A stretch of 64,000 nt of DNA from Candidatus Latescibacterota bacterium (GTDB lineage: Bacteria; Latescibacterota; UBA2968), in contig OZ242320.1 of NCBI GenBank assembly GCA_965208125.1, forward strand, positions 1,472,001-1,536,000, read 5' to 3'. Shown here one piece after another: positions 37,426 through 46,217 of the stretch; position 1 is the first letter of the stretch; every line of letters starts with the position of its first letter. The position numbers and the translations under genes are program-made. The notes beneath the pieces are model-generated. The model was not told where the DNA came from. It saw only the letters and a program-made list of their open reading frames with translations, and made no database searches.

Positions 37426-40422
37426 ATGGGACTGTACACACCCGAAGAAATGGACAATGCCCGGCGAAACATCGCACGCTACGCCTGGGCAAAAGCCGAG
37501 CGAGATACCGCAATTGAAACATGCGCGCCCTATATGGCGCGAAGCGACGAAGAAATCTGGGACCTGATCACCGGACAATCCATTCCCCGCGGCATCCACG
37601 TCAACCCCGACCTCGGCTGTCCCGAATGCGGTCGAGACGTCTATGCATTCGGCAACTACCCCTGGAAAGTATCGCTACACCGCCCCTATAAACTCGAATG
37701 TCCGTCGTGCGGAGAAATCTGGCCCAAAAACGACTTCGAGGCATTTTACAAAAGCGGTCTGGGACCCGGTGGAATCTTCGATCGCAGCCTCGCCGATGAA
37801 TCCCTGCTATACAACGCCGAAAACGCCCATGCTCCACACTATGCAATAGATGACGGCATGGGCTGGATTGACGAGTTGGGAAACCGCTGGTGGTTCATCG
37901 CCTACTACAGCCATTATTGCACCTGGACCGAATTGCCAGCAGCGGCACTCGCCCTGGGCAAAGCGTATCTCTACACCGGAAACACCGCCTATGCCCATAA
38001 AGGCGCCGTCATCCTCGACCGCATTGCAGACGTATATCCCGACATGGACTTAACCCCCTATTCAGATCTGGGCCTCTACAACTCCCACGGCGGCACGGGC
38101 ATGGGCCGCATCAAAGGCTGTATATGGGAAAACGGCATGGCAGAAACCCTATCCCTGTCCTGCGACATGATTTCCGAAGGCATAGAAAACGACCAAGACC
38201 TGGTCCAATTTCTATCCGCACAAGCGGAAAAATGGCAGATCACACAACCCAAAACGAGCATTGCCCACATCCGCGAAAACATCGAACGCGGACTTCTCCG
38301 AGAATTTATACACTCATGTCGAGACCGGCGTATCCGCGGCAACGAAGGCATGACCCAAACTGCCATGGCCACTGCCGCAGCAGTACTGGACGACCCACGA
38401 GAAACGCCCGAAGCACTCGACTGGCTCTTTGAACCCGGAGAATCCCGCGGCACTGGTGGGGGACACATCCCGGCAACCCTGATTGGAAAAGTGGATCGAG
38501 ACGGCGTCGGAAACGAAGCAGCACCCGGCTATTGCTTCGGCTGGATGAACGCATTTGCCCGCTGTGCCTGGGTACTGGACCGATGTCGCAAATACCGGGA
38601 CTTCGATCTATACCGCGACTATCCCCGCCTCAAGCGCATGTACAGCGCACCCTATCGCCTCACCGCACTGGACCGCTACACCCCCCACATCGGCGACACC
38701 GGCAACACCGGAGGCGAGGGGATGACAAGCGTAGATCTCGAAACAGTCATCAACGCCTTCGCCCGGCTCGGTGACCCCGACCTCGCGCGCCTCGCGTACA
38801 AACTCAACGGAAACAGCGCAGAAGGCCTGCACACCTCCATCTTCGACGCCGATCCCGAAGCAATCCAGAAAACCGTCCTCGACATCGTAAAACAACACGG
38901 CGAATTAGAACTCAAAAGCGAAAACCTGAACGGATACGGACTGACCGTATTTCGGCATGGCGAAGGAACCGACCAGCGGGCGGCCTGGCTGTATTATGGA
39001 CGCAACGGTGGACACGGTCACAAAGACCGGTTGAACTTTGGAATGTACTACCGCGGAATGGACGTATTGCCCGACCTGGGATACCCCGAATATGCCGACA
39101 GCAAATGGCCCAAGCGAGCGGGCTGGACAACAAACACCATCTCGCACAACACCGTAATGGTGAACCAGCAACAGCAAGAAGTGAACTGGATAGGACACTG
39201 CCAATATTTTGCCACCTCGCGGGGCATAGGCGTCGTCGAAATCGCATCCCCCGAAATCTATCCCAACACACGCGACTATCGGCGCACCCTCGCAATGATC
39301 GACATATCGCCCACCGAATCCTATCTCGTCGATTTCTTCCGCGTGGATGGCGGAAACGACCACGTCATGAGCTTCCACGCCGGAGAAGGCGACGTAAACA
39401 CGCATGGAATCGACCTCACCCCACAAGAAAAAGGAACTTATGCTGGCGAAACCATCCCCTTTGGCACGCACTACGACGGACCACCCGATGGACGCTACCG
39501 CGGCAGTGGCTTTGCCTACCTCTACGGCGTTCACTGCGCCGCAAAACCCACAGCCGGATGGTGGGCAGACTGGCAACTCGTAGATACCTGGAAAACCCAA
39601 CGCGGCGACACCCCCTTGCACCTCCGCTACCGCGTATTATCCGACGTAGAAACCGCGGCTCTGGCCTGGGGCGATCCGCCACAAAACAAACCCGGCAACC
39701 CCCGGCGCATCCGCTACGTACTGCTGCACAACACCGGCTCAGAGCAAAGCCTTTTCGCCTCCATCATAGAACCTTACCGCGAGAACCAACCTCATATAAC
39801 AGACGCCACCCGCATTGATCTCGGACTGGAAGAACGCGACCTGACAGCGGCAGCTATAAGAATAACAACCCATACAGGCCGGACAGATTGGATACTATCA
39901 TCAGACGATCCAAACCGCGTATTTAACCTGAGCGAAAACATCGCAGCCGCGGCACGGTTTGCAATCATATCCCGGGACAACGGACAAACATCCATCTTTT
40001 TAGTCGGCGGAACCCGGGTGAACACCAACTCTGGAACCCTGCGAATCAGCACCCCAACTCACCGCGGCACCGTAACGGACTTTCACCGCGAAGAAACCGG
40101 CCCCGCCTGGATTGAAATAGAAGGCGACCTCCCCCCGGACAAACGCCTCATCGGCACACAATTTCGCATCTTAAACGACGGAATCCGGGACGCCTGTTAC
40201 ACCATCTCCGACATATCGCCCATAGAAACAAATAAAGTCCGCGTAGAAGTGGGTGACACCTCCTTCATCCGCGGCCTTGTATCCCGCGAGGATTACGCAA
40301 AAGGCTTTATTTATGATATTTCCACAGGCGACCCGTGCGAAATACAAAACGCCGTACACCTTCACATTGCCAATGGCAAAGTTGAAACCGTGCGTGCAAC
40401 CGTCGATTATGAATGGACTTGA
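37426..40422 (+). CDS. Heparinase II/III-like polysaccharide lyase
   Basis: AYLYTG helical toroid, GHGHKDRL, PDLGYP, TISHNTVMVN, VDFFRV. CPECG...CPSCG near the N-terminus. No signal peptide. Confidence 0.78.
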   Translation: MGLYTPEEMDNARRNIARYAWAKAERDTAIETCAPYMARSDEEIWDLITGQSIPRGIHVNPDLGCPECGRDVYAFGNYPWKVSLHRPYKLECPSCGEIWPKNDFEAFYKSGLGPGGIFDRSLADESLLYNAENAHAPHYAIDDGMGWIDELGNRWWFIAYYSHYCTWTELPAAALALGKAYLYTGNTAYAHKGAVILDRIADVYPDMDLTPYSDLGLYNSHGGTGMGRIKGCIWENGMAETLSLSCDMISEGIENDQDLVQFLSAQAEKWQITQPKTSIAHIRENIERGLLREFIHSCRDRRIRGNEGMTQTAMATAAAVLDDPRETPEALDWLFEPGESRGTGGGHIPATLIGKVDRDGVGNEAAPGYCFGWMNAFARCAWVLDRCRKYRDFDLYRDYPRLKRMYSAPYRLTALDRYTPHIGDTGNTGGEGMTSVDLETVINAFARLGDPDLARLAYKLNGNSAEGLHTSIFDADPEAIQKTVLDIVKQHGELELKSENLNGYGLTVFRHGEGTDQRAAWLYYGRNGGHGHKDRLNFGMYYRGMDVLPDLGYPEYADSKWPKRAGWTTNTISHNTVMVNQQQQEVNWIGHCQYFATSRGIGVVEIASPEIYPNTRDYRRTLAMIDISPTESYLVDFFRVDGGNDHVMSFHAGEGDVNTHGIDLTPQEKGTYAGETIPFGTHYDGPPDGRYRGSGFAYLYGVHCAAKPTAGWWADWQLVDTWKTQRGDTPLHLRYRVLSDVETAALAWGDPPQNKPGNPRRIRYVLLHNTGSEQSLFASIIEPYRENQPHITDATRIDLGLEERDLTAAAIRITTHTGRTDWILSSDDPNRVFNLSENIAAAARFAIISRDNGQTSIFLVGGTRVNTNSGTLRISTPTHRGTVTDFHREETGPAWIEIEGDLPPDKRLIGTQFRILNDGIRDACYTISDISPIETNKVRVEVGDTSFIRGLVSREDYAKGFIYDISTGDPCEIQNAVHLHIANGKVETVRATVDYEWT

Positions 40423-40440
40423 AGCTAAAAGGAGAACAAA

Positions 40441-42858
40441 ATGGTACGCATGACCGATACCACAGACCTGCAGCATCCACACCTTCCCAACACGGAAAAC
40501 GAAATGAGTCGCCGTTATCTGCGGATGATCGAACAGTGGATTCCAACCGGCATCGCGTACTTTGCCGACTGGCCCGACCGCCCCAACTGTGGGCATTTCT
40601 TCGGCGGATGCCACTGGTACGGAATCGAAACCATCAGCTGTGCCGAAACCTTTGCCTACGCCAGTACGTCTCCAGAATACGACGAGACATCCACGGGCGT
40701 ATCCCGCGACGCCCTGCGGGAAATGGCGATCAAAAGCGTGCGCTACCTCTGTTTCACACACGACTCTGGTCCCGAAGACTGCGTACGTCCACAAGAAGGA
40801 CTGGGCCGCTCGGAAAACTGCGGCACCAAATGGGGCGAGCGGGGCAAAGGCTTCTTCCGCGAAAGCCAATGCGGCAGCACCGTCGCTGGCCTGGCGCGCA
40901 TCTGTTTGCTACTGCGAGAATGGATCGATCGAGAAACCTATATGATGGTCGCCCGCGTACACGAAGACTACGCCGCACGGTTCGGAAACATGGCACCCAA
41001 AAGCGGCGTCTATACAGACACACAAATGGAAGAAAACGCCTGGACCTCTCACGGGCTCACCTCTTGTTTCCTCTTCCTATCCGAACACGCGGACGCCGCA
41101 GCCTGGGAAGCAACCGCCCGCAGATGGATGTTCTCCACATGCGCCGCGCCGCAAGACACCAAAGACCTCGGCCTCGTAGGCGGCGAAACCGCGCGAACCC
41201 TAACCGAAAAAATCTTCACAGCACTCCCCGATTACCTCGCGGAAAACCACGGCATGGTCCACCCCAGCTACACGGCATCCGGCCTCTCCCCCCTGATGAG
41301 CGCAGGCTGTCTGCATCAACTCTGGGGACGCGAACTACCCCCAGAACTCTTCTGGAACAAACGGCGCGTGTACGAAAACCTGAAAGCTCTCACCGACGGA
41401 GGCGGATATGCCCAGGCTGTTCAGGGAATGGACTGGCATTATCTGAACATATTCGCAACCATTTCCGCGCACGCGATTGCCGCCGTATTCTTCGACGACG
41501 CGGACGCCGCAGCCCTGGAACACCTGGGACTGGAACATGCCGAACTACGTCAGCGCGGAAATGGGGGCCGGATGTACGACCAGGACCTCGCCCAGAAAGC
41601 ACACGACCAGCAGGACCCCATGATCATGCGCGAAGTCACCATCTCGGGCGCCGCTGGCCTGTACCTCCTCCATCGCCTCTTTGGACCAGGCCCATCGCCC
41701 TCACCCACCGCAGAAATGGAATCGCGTCTCTCGGGCGTACGCCACTTCCCCCACGCGGGATTTGTACACCACAGACACCCGCACGGACAAACCTCATTTG
41801 CCTGGCGCAACTCAATCATGGCCCTGCCCCTCACGCGGGAAGGTATCTACACCATCGCCCCCTGTTCAGACACCTGGCTCGGCACACCCATCGTACAAAA
41901 CCGCCCCGACAGCCACCGCCTCAAAACCGTGCGCGTAGCTGAACACGACGACAGCTTTGCCGCCGCCCTGGTAATAGACCGCTGCCAGGAATCCCTGCGG
42001 CAACACGTACTCTTTGCCAGCCTGCCAGACGGCCGCATCCTATCTTTTGAAAAATTCACCGCCCAGGAAGACCTCGTACTGGAAGAACTCAACCAGGGAT
42101 TTTTGCGCATCACCAACGAACACTTCTCACACCTGGCCCCCAACTGCCGCGGCGAACGCGTACTATATCACCCCAACGGCGAAACCCGGTACGCGGGCTG
42201 GCACGGCGAATCAGAATCCGATGACATAATCGACAACCTGAGCCATCCCACCTATCTCAACATAGACAACCGCCTGGGCATACACTTTACCGGAAATGGC
42301 GACACAATCTATCACAACCGGCACTACTTCAACCCCTACCGCGCCATAGCCGACGACCTCACACTATCCCGACTATCGGGCGAAAAACCCCTTCGTGCGG
42401 GCGAAGAAGCGGGGCGCTTAACAGCCCTGTTAATCCCCGAACAAACCGCCGCCGACACACCCGATACCCCCTTCGAAATTCTGACCGCACCAGAAGACGG
42501 TGTTGGCCTCATAGCCGAAGGATATCTCGCCGCCGCAAACTTCGGCACCGCGCAACAAATATGCACTTTCACCGCAAACAGAACCGAACAGTTGTCAGTC
42601 TTTCCCGGCGCCATCCTCGAAACGCATGGAAACCGCGCACGCTACCGCATCCCCATCGGCGGCGAATCTGCCTGCCTTCTCCGCGCGACCCGAATACTGA
42701 ACATAGAAGGCGATGCGCGGATAGACGCCATCCCCGACGGCGCACTATACGTCTCCAATTCCGAACATGCAGAAGTGAAAATCGCAGGGGAAGACGGAAC
42801 GCACACCATTGGCCGCGGAGAAACCAGACGAATAGACGAACCCCGCCCTACCACCTGA
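40441..42858 (+). CDS. Hypothetical cytoplasmic protein, possibly alpha-toroid plus beta-sandwich lyase-like
   Basis: 805-aa ORF with local codon bias; DTQMEENAW and ENHGMVHPSY motifs. The function is inference only. Confidence 0.6.
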   Translation: MVRMTDTTDLQHPHLPNTENEMSRRYLRMIEQWIPTGIAYFADWPDRPNCGHFFGGCHWYGIETISCAETFAYASTSPEYDETSTGVSRDALREMAIKSVRYLCFTHDSGPEDCVRPQEGLGRSENCGTKWGERGKGFFRESQCGSTVAGLARICLLLREWIDRETYMMVARVHEDYAARFGNMAPKSGVYTDTQMEENAWTSHGLTSCFLFLSEHADAAAWEATARRWMFSTCAAPQDTKDLGLVGGETARTLTEKIFTALPDYLAENHGMVHPSYTASGLSPLMSAGCLHQLWGRELPPELFWNKRRVYENLKALTDGGGYAQAVQGMDWHYLNIFATISAHAIAAVFFDDADAAALEHLGLEHAELRQRGNGGRMYDQDLAQKAHDQQDPMIMREVTISGAAGLYLLHRLFGPGPSPSPTAEMESRLSGVRHFPHAGFVHHRHPHGQTSFAWRNSIMALPLTREGIYTIAPCSDTWLGTPIVQNRPDSHRLKTVRVAEHDDSFAAALVIDRCQESLRQHVLFASLPDGRILSFEKFTAQEDLVLEELNQGFLRITNEHFSHLAPNCRGERVLYHPNGETRYAGWHGESESDDIIDNLSHPTYLNIDNRLGIHFTGNGDTIYHNRHYFNPYRAIADDLTLSRLSGEKPLRAGEEAGRLTALLIPEQTAADTPDTPFEILTAPEDGVGLIAEGYLAAANFGTAQQICTFTANRTEQLSVFPGAILETHGNRARYRIPIGGESACLLRATRILNIEGDARIDAIPDGALYVSNSEHAEVKIAGEDGTHTIGRGETRRIDEPRPTT

Positions 42859-42859
42859 C

Positions 42860-42914
42860 GGGCGGGCACAGGGGCACCGCCCCTACATCGATCCGCTGAC
42901 CGCTGACCACTAAC
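42860..42914 (-). repeat. GTAG-type REP variant plus heptamer run
   Basis: GGGCGGGCACAGGGGCACCGCCCCTAC followed by ccgctga ccgctga ccactaa. Confidence 0.75.
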
Positions 42915-42930
42915 TACGGAGACTTGAAGG

Positions 42931-43701
42931 ATGAACAAAATAACCATCTCCCCCCGCTACTACCGCTGGCACGTTGACAAAGGCGTAGTCTGGGTCGAAA
43001 AGAACACGAGCTATGCCTACCTCAACTGGAAAATCCCACTCGCGCAAACCGCACTCGTACTCGTCGATATCTGGTCGCATCACTACCTGAAAGACACCGC
43101 AACTCGATCCGAGGAAATCGTACGCAACAACATCGTCCCCCTCCTGAACGCCTGTCGAAAAGCTGAAATGCCCATCGTTCACGCGCCAGCGCCGCGTCTG
43201 GCTGAAGCGCATCCATCCTGGGTGAACCTGATCGAAAAGGGAGAAACATCCACCGAATCCAAAAACAACTGGCCCCCAGCCGAATTTCGCAGCAAAACGG
43301 GAATTTATGAACACTATGCGCGGCCCATAGAACCGCGCGAAGAAGAACTCACTGAAATCCGCGCCAGACTCGAAATGCATCCCCAGGTACAGGTAGAAGG
43401 CAAAGAAGCCGTCATCTCCACAGGCGAAGAACTCCACCGCTGGTGCAAACAACGCGGCATACTCTTCCTCTTCTATCTCGGCTTCAACACCAACGCCTGC
43501 ATCTTGATGAGAGACTACGGAACCCTCGCAATGGGTCGCCGCGGGTATGAAATCATCCTCCTGCGGGACTGCACCACGGGAATGGAATCTTTTGAAACGC
43601 ACGAAAGCCTCGGACAGACGCGGGGAGCCGTACTCTTCCTGGAAATGTTCGGACACTATTCTCTGACATCAAAGGAACTAATCGCGGGATTGCCGGAGTA
43701 A
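42931..43701 (+). CDS. Isochorismatase-family cysteine hydrolase
   Basis: TALVLVDIW, MPIVHAP, GFNTNACIL, LLRDCT. Confidence 0.82.
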   Translation: MNKITISPRYYRWHVDKGVVWVEKNTSYAYLNWKIPLAQTALVLVDIWSHHYLKDTATRSEEIVRNNIVPLLNACRKAEMPIVHAPAPRLAEAHPSWVNLIEKGETSTESKNNWPPAEFRSKTGIYEHYARPIEPREEELTEIRARLEMHPQVQVEGKEAVISTGEELHRWCKQRGILFLFYLGFNTNACILMRDYGTLAMGRRGYEIILLRDCTTGMESFETHESLGQTRGAVLFLEMFGHYSLTSKELIAGLPE

Positions 43702-43704
43702 AAC

Positions 43705-45201
43705 ATGCTATCACTCGCAGACTTCATCGTCATCCTCCTCTACGCCCTGATCATGGCCTGGATCGGCGGGATTGCCAAACGAAAATCTCAGGACATAGAC
43801 GCGTACTTCGCCGCCGGACACAACCTGCCCTGGTGGATGGCAGCCATATCCCATCACGTCTCCGGATACAGCGCCGTCGTCTTCGTGGGCTTTGCAGGAC
43901 GAGCAGCAACCGCCGGATTCAGCATGTGGACCCTATTCTCCCTATCGTGTTTTATCGCCATGATGATCGGCTCCCTCGTCTGGGCACCGCGCTGGTCTCG
44001 CCTCAAAGTACTCACACCCGTAGAATATCTCGAAACGCGATACGGAAACTCCGTGCGTTTTCTGGTCGCACTCTCCGGCATCGGCGTCAAATTCATAGAC
44101 CTCGGCATCAAACTCTACGCAATCTCCGTCGTCGTACAAACCGTCACGGGCTGGGCCGTATTACCCGTCGTACTGGTCGCAGGCATAATCACCGTGGCTT
44201 ACGTCCTCATAGGCGGACTGTGGGCCGCGGTATTAACCGACCTGATCCAATTTGTCGTCCAGCTCGTCATCAGCTCAATCGTACTCTATCTCGTACTCGA
44301 CAACATCGGCGGATGGAACCCTCTGTGGGAACAATTGCCCGCCGAACGCGGCGCATTCTTCAACGCAGAAGCCGGCATTGGAACCGACTTCTGGTTTGTC
44401 TATCTAATCGTCGTCATCTTCAGTTATAACGGTGCCACCTGGGGATTGGCGCAGCGATTCATATCCGTATCCGACCCGCGAGACACCCAAAAAGCCGCGC
44501 TCCTCTCGGGATTCCTCTACCTGCTATACCCCATCGTAATCTTCCTGCCCGCCTGGGCTGCGCCCTTATTACTCACCGAATATTTCGATCCCATAACGCT
44601 CGCGCCCCTGCCCGGCTTTGATCCCCAGCAAACCTACGTATTAATGGCCCAACACATGCTCTCCGGACTAATGCCCGGATTGATCGGCCTATTGATCTGT
44701 TCCATGTTCGCCGCCACCATGTCCATGATCGACAGCGACCTCAACGCGCTTGCCGCCGTATTCACAAAAGATATTTATCAGCGCAACATCAAGCGCGAAT
44801 GGACACAGCAGACACTCTTCCGCATCGGAAAAATCGTCACATTGATCTTTGGAATAGCCATCATCATCACAGGCATTATCATCACTGAAAGCAAAGGAGC
44901 GGAAAAAGTATTCACCGCAACTGTTCAGGTATTTGGGGCACTCCTATCCCCCATCGCAATACCGCTCATGTTCGGCATGCTCTTTCGAAAACCCACAGCG
45001 CGGGGTGCGATATTGGCTCTCGCAGGCGGACTGTTGACCTACGCCATCCTCGTACAAATAACGGACAACTTCGCCATTTATACCGGAGGCGAAATCCTCG
45101 TCGGTTTGTGCTTGTATTTCGGCGAAGGATGGATCGGAACGCGCACCCCGGAAAAAGAACGGGAAGTAAAAAATCTGTTTGACAAATTGACATCCCAATA
45201 G
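43705..45201 (+). CDS. Sodium:solute symporter (SSS family)
   Basis: YFAAGHNLPWW, EYLETRY, GGLWAAVLTDLIQ, AQRF, FAATMS..DSDLNA. Confidence 0.92.
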   Translation: MLSLADFIVILLYALIMAWIGGIAKRKSQDIDAYFAAGHNLPWWMAAISHHVSGYSAVVFVGFAGRAATAGFSMWTLFSLSCFIAMMIGSLVWAPRWSRLKVLTPVEYLETRYGNSVRFLVALSGIGVKFIDLGIKLYAISVVVQTVTGWAVLPVVLVAGIITVAYVLIGGLWAAVLTDLIQFVVQLVISSIVLYLVLDNIGGWNPLWEQLPAERGAFFNAEAGIGTDFWFVYLIVVIFSYNGATWGLAQRFISVSDPRDTQKAALLSGFLYLLYPIVIFLPAWAAPLLLTEYFDPITLAPLPGFDPQQTYVLMAQHMLSGLMPGLIGLLICSMFAATMSMIDSDLNALAAVFTKDIYQRNIKREWTQQTLFRIGKIVTLIFGIAIIITGIIITESKGAEKVFTATVQVFGALLSPIAIPLMFGMLFRKPTARGAILALAGGLLTYAILVQITDNFAIYTGGEILVGLCLYFGEGWIGTRTPEKEREVKNLFDKLTSQ

Positions 45202-45258
45202 CGCGAAACGGGATTTGAGATTTTTTTTACAAAAATTTACAATGGCATCAAAAAAGGC

Positions 45259-45288
45259 TTGACATGTCTATATCAATGGGGCTATCAT
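45259..45288 (+). promoter_or_regulatory. Sigma70-like promoter of the outer-membrane module
   Basis: TTGACA-18 nt-TATCAT in an AT-rich gap. Confidence 0.6.
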
Positions 45289-45475
45289 GGCATATAACTT
45301 GTTGTTTTTTTAAGTATTGTTAAGTTTTATTTTATCCTACTATTAAAACCTCTAAACAAAGAAATGAGGTGAGGCCAATGCACTGAATAATCCAGGTTCA
45401 CATATTTAGTATCTCGTCAAACGTTTAACAGAAGAATTGCATCACCGCAGTTTTAAGCTGTAGAAAGGAGAGTTT

Positions 45476-46189
45476 ATGACACGCACCTTAGCTACTTTCC
45501 TGGTGAGTGTATTACTGGTACTTGCATCGGGTGATTTGTTTGCCCAGCAGAATGGATGGGGTCTTGGTGGATTTGCCAATTACCACGTACCCCTGTCCAA
45601 TTTGCGGGACCGCTACGATCAGGCGGGGAAATACGGCATAAACGTGAACTATGTGGCCAGCGACCTCGTGACCGTTGAAGTGGAATATCACTATTCCAAA
45701 TTCGACAGCGGAAAACTCGCGTCCAAACCGTTTGTATATCCGATTGACGGCCTTGAATACACCAGCCCCAACGCTTCATCGACAATGACCTTCAACAGCG
45801 TGGCCGTAAACGCGCTCGTCTTTGTAGGCGAAGAAAATCGGCAACACGGATTTCGGGCAAAAGACTATCGCCATTACATAGCCCTCGGCGGTGGTTTTTT
45901 CCGTTATAACGCCGAAAATAGCAATCTGGTATGGCCGGCTCAAACCAGCGATCCAATTGACTTAAATACCGTAATGGATCCGCAAATCGACAAACGCACC
46001 ACCATAGCACTCACCACGGGTGCGGGCATGGAGGCATTTGTCACCGACAATATCAGCCTGGATGTACGCGGGCGCTTAAACTTCGTAGTGGGCGAATTGA
46101 GACCCATGCTCTTTTACGACCTGGAACGCGCTCGTCCGTTAATGTTTTTCGATATAGGTGCCGGGGTTAAGTTTTATTTCTGGCGTTAA
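45476..46189 (+). CDS. Small outer-membrane beta-barrel (OmpA/OmpW-like transmembrane domain)
   Basis: Signal peptide (LFA/Q), about 8 amphipathic strands, ends GVKFYFWR. AAAGGAG RBS. Confidence 0.75.
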   Translation: MTRTLATFLVSVLLVLASGDLFAQQNGWGLGGFANYHVPLSNLRDRYDQAGKYGINVNYVASDLVTVEVEYHYSKFDSGKLASKPFVYPIDGLEYTSPNASSTMTFNSVAVNALVFVGEENRQHGFRAKDYRHYIALGGGFFRYNAENSNLVWPAQTSDPIDLNTVMDPQIDKRTTIALTTGAGMEAFVTDNISLDVRGRLNFVVGELRPMLFYDLERARPLMFFDIGAGVKFYFWR

Positions 46190-46217
46190 ACCATTCACCC
46201 TTTAAGGAGGTCGTGCT

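Noticed and set aside
40413-41942. 509-aa alternative-frame ORF overlapping the 805-aa gene
   Set aside because: Arg/Pro-rich with no motifs. It is explained by scarce T at third codon positions of the real gene.
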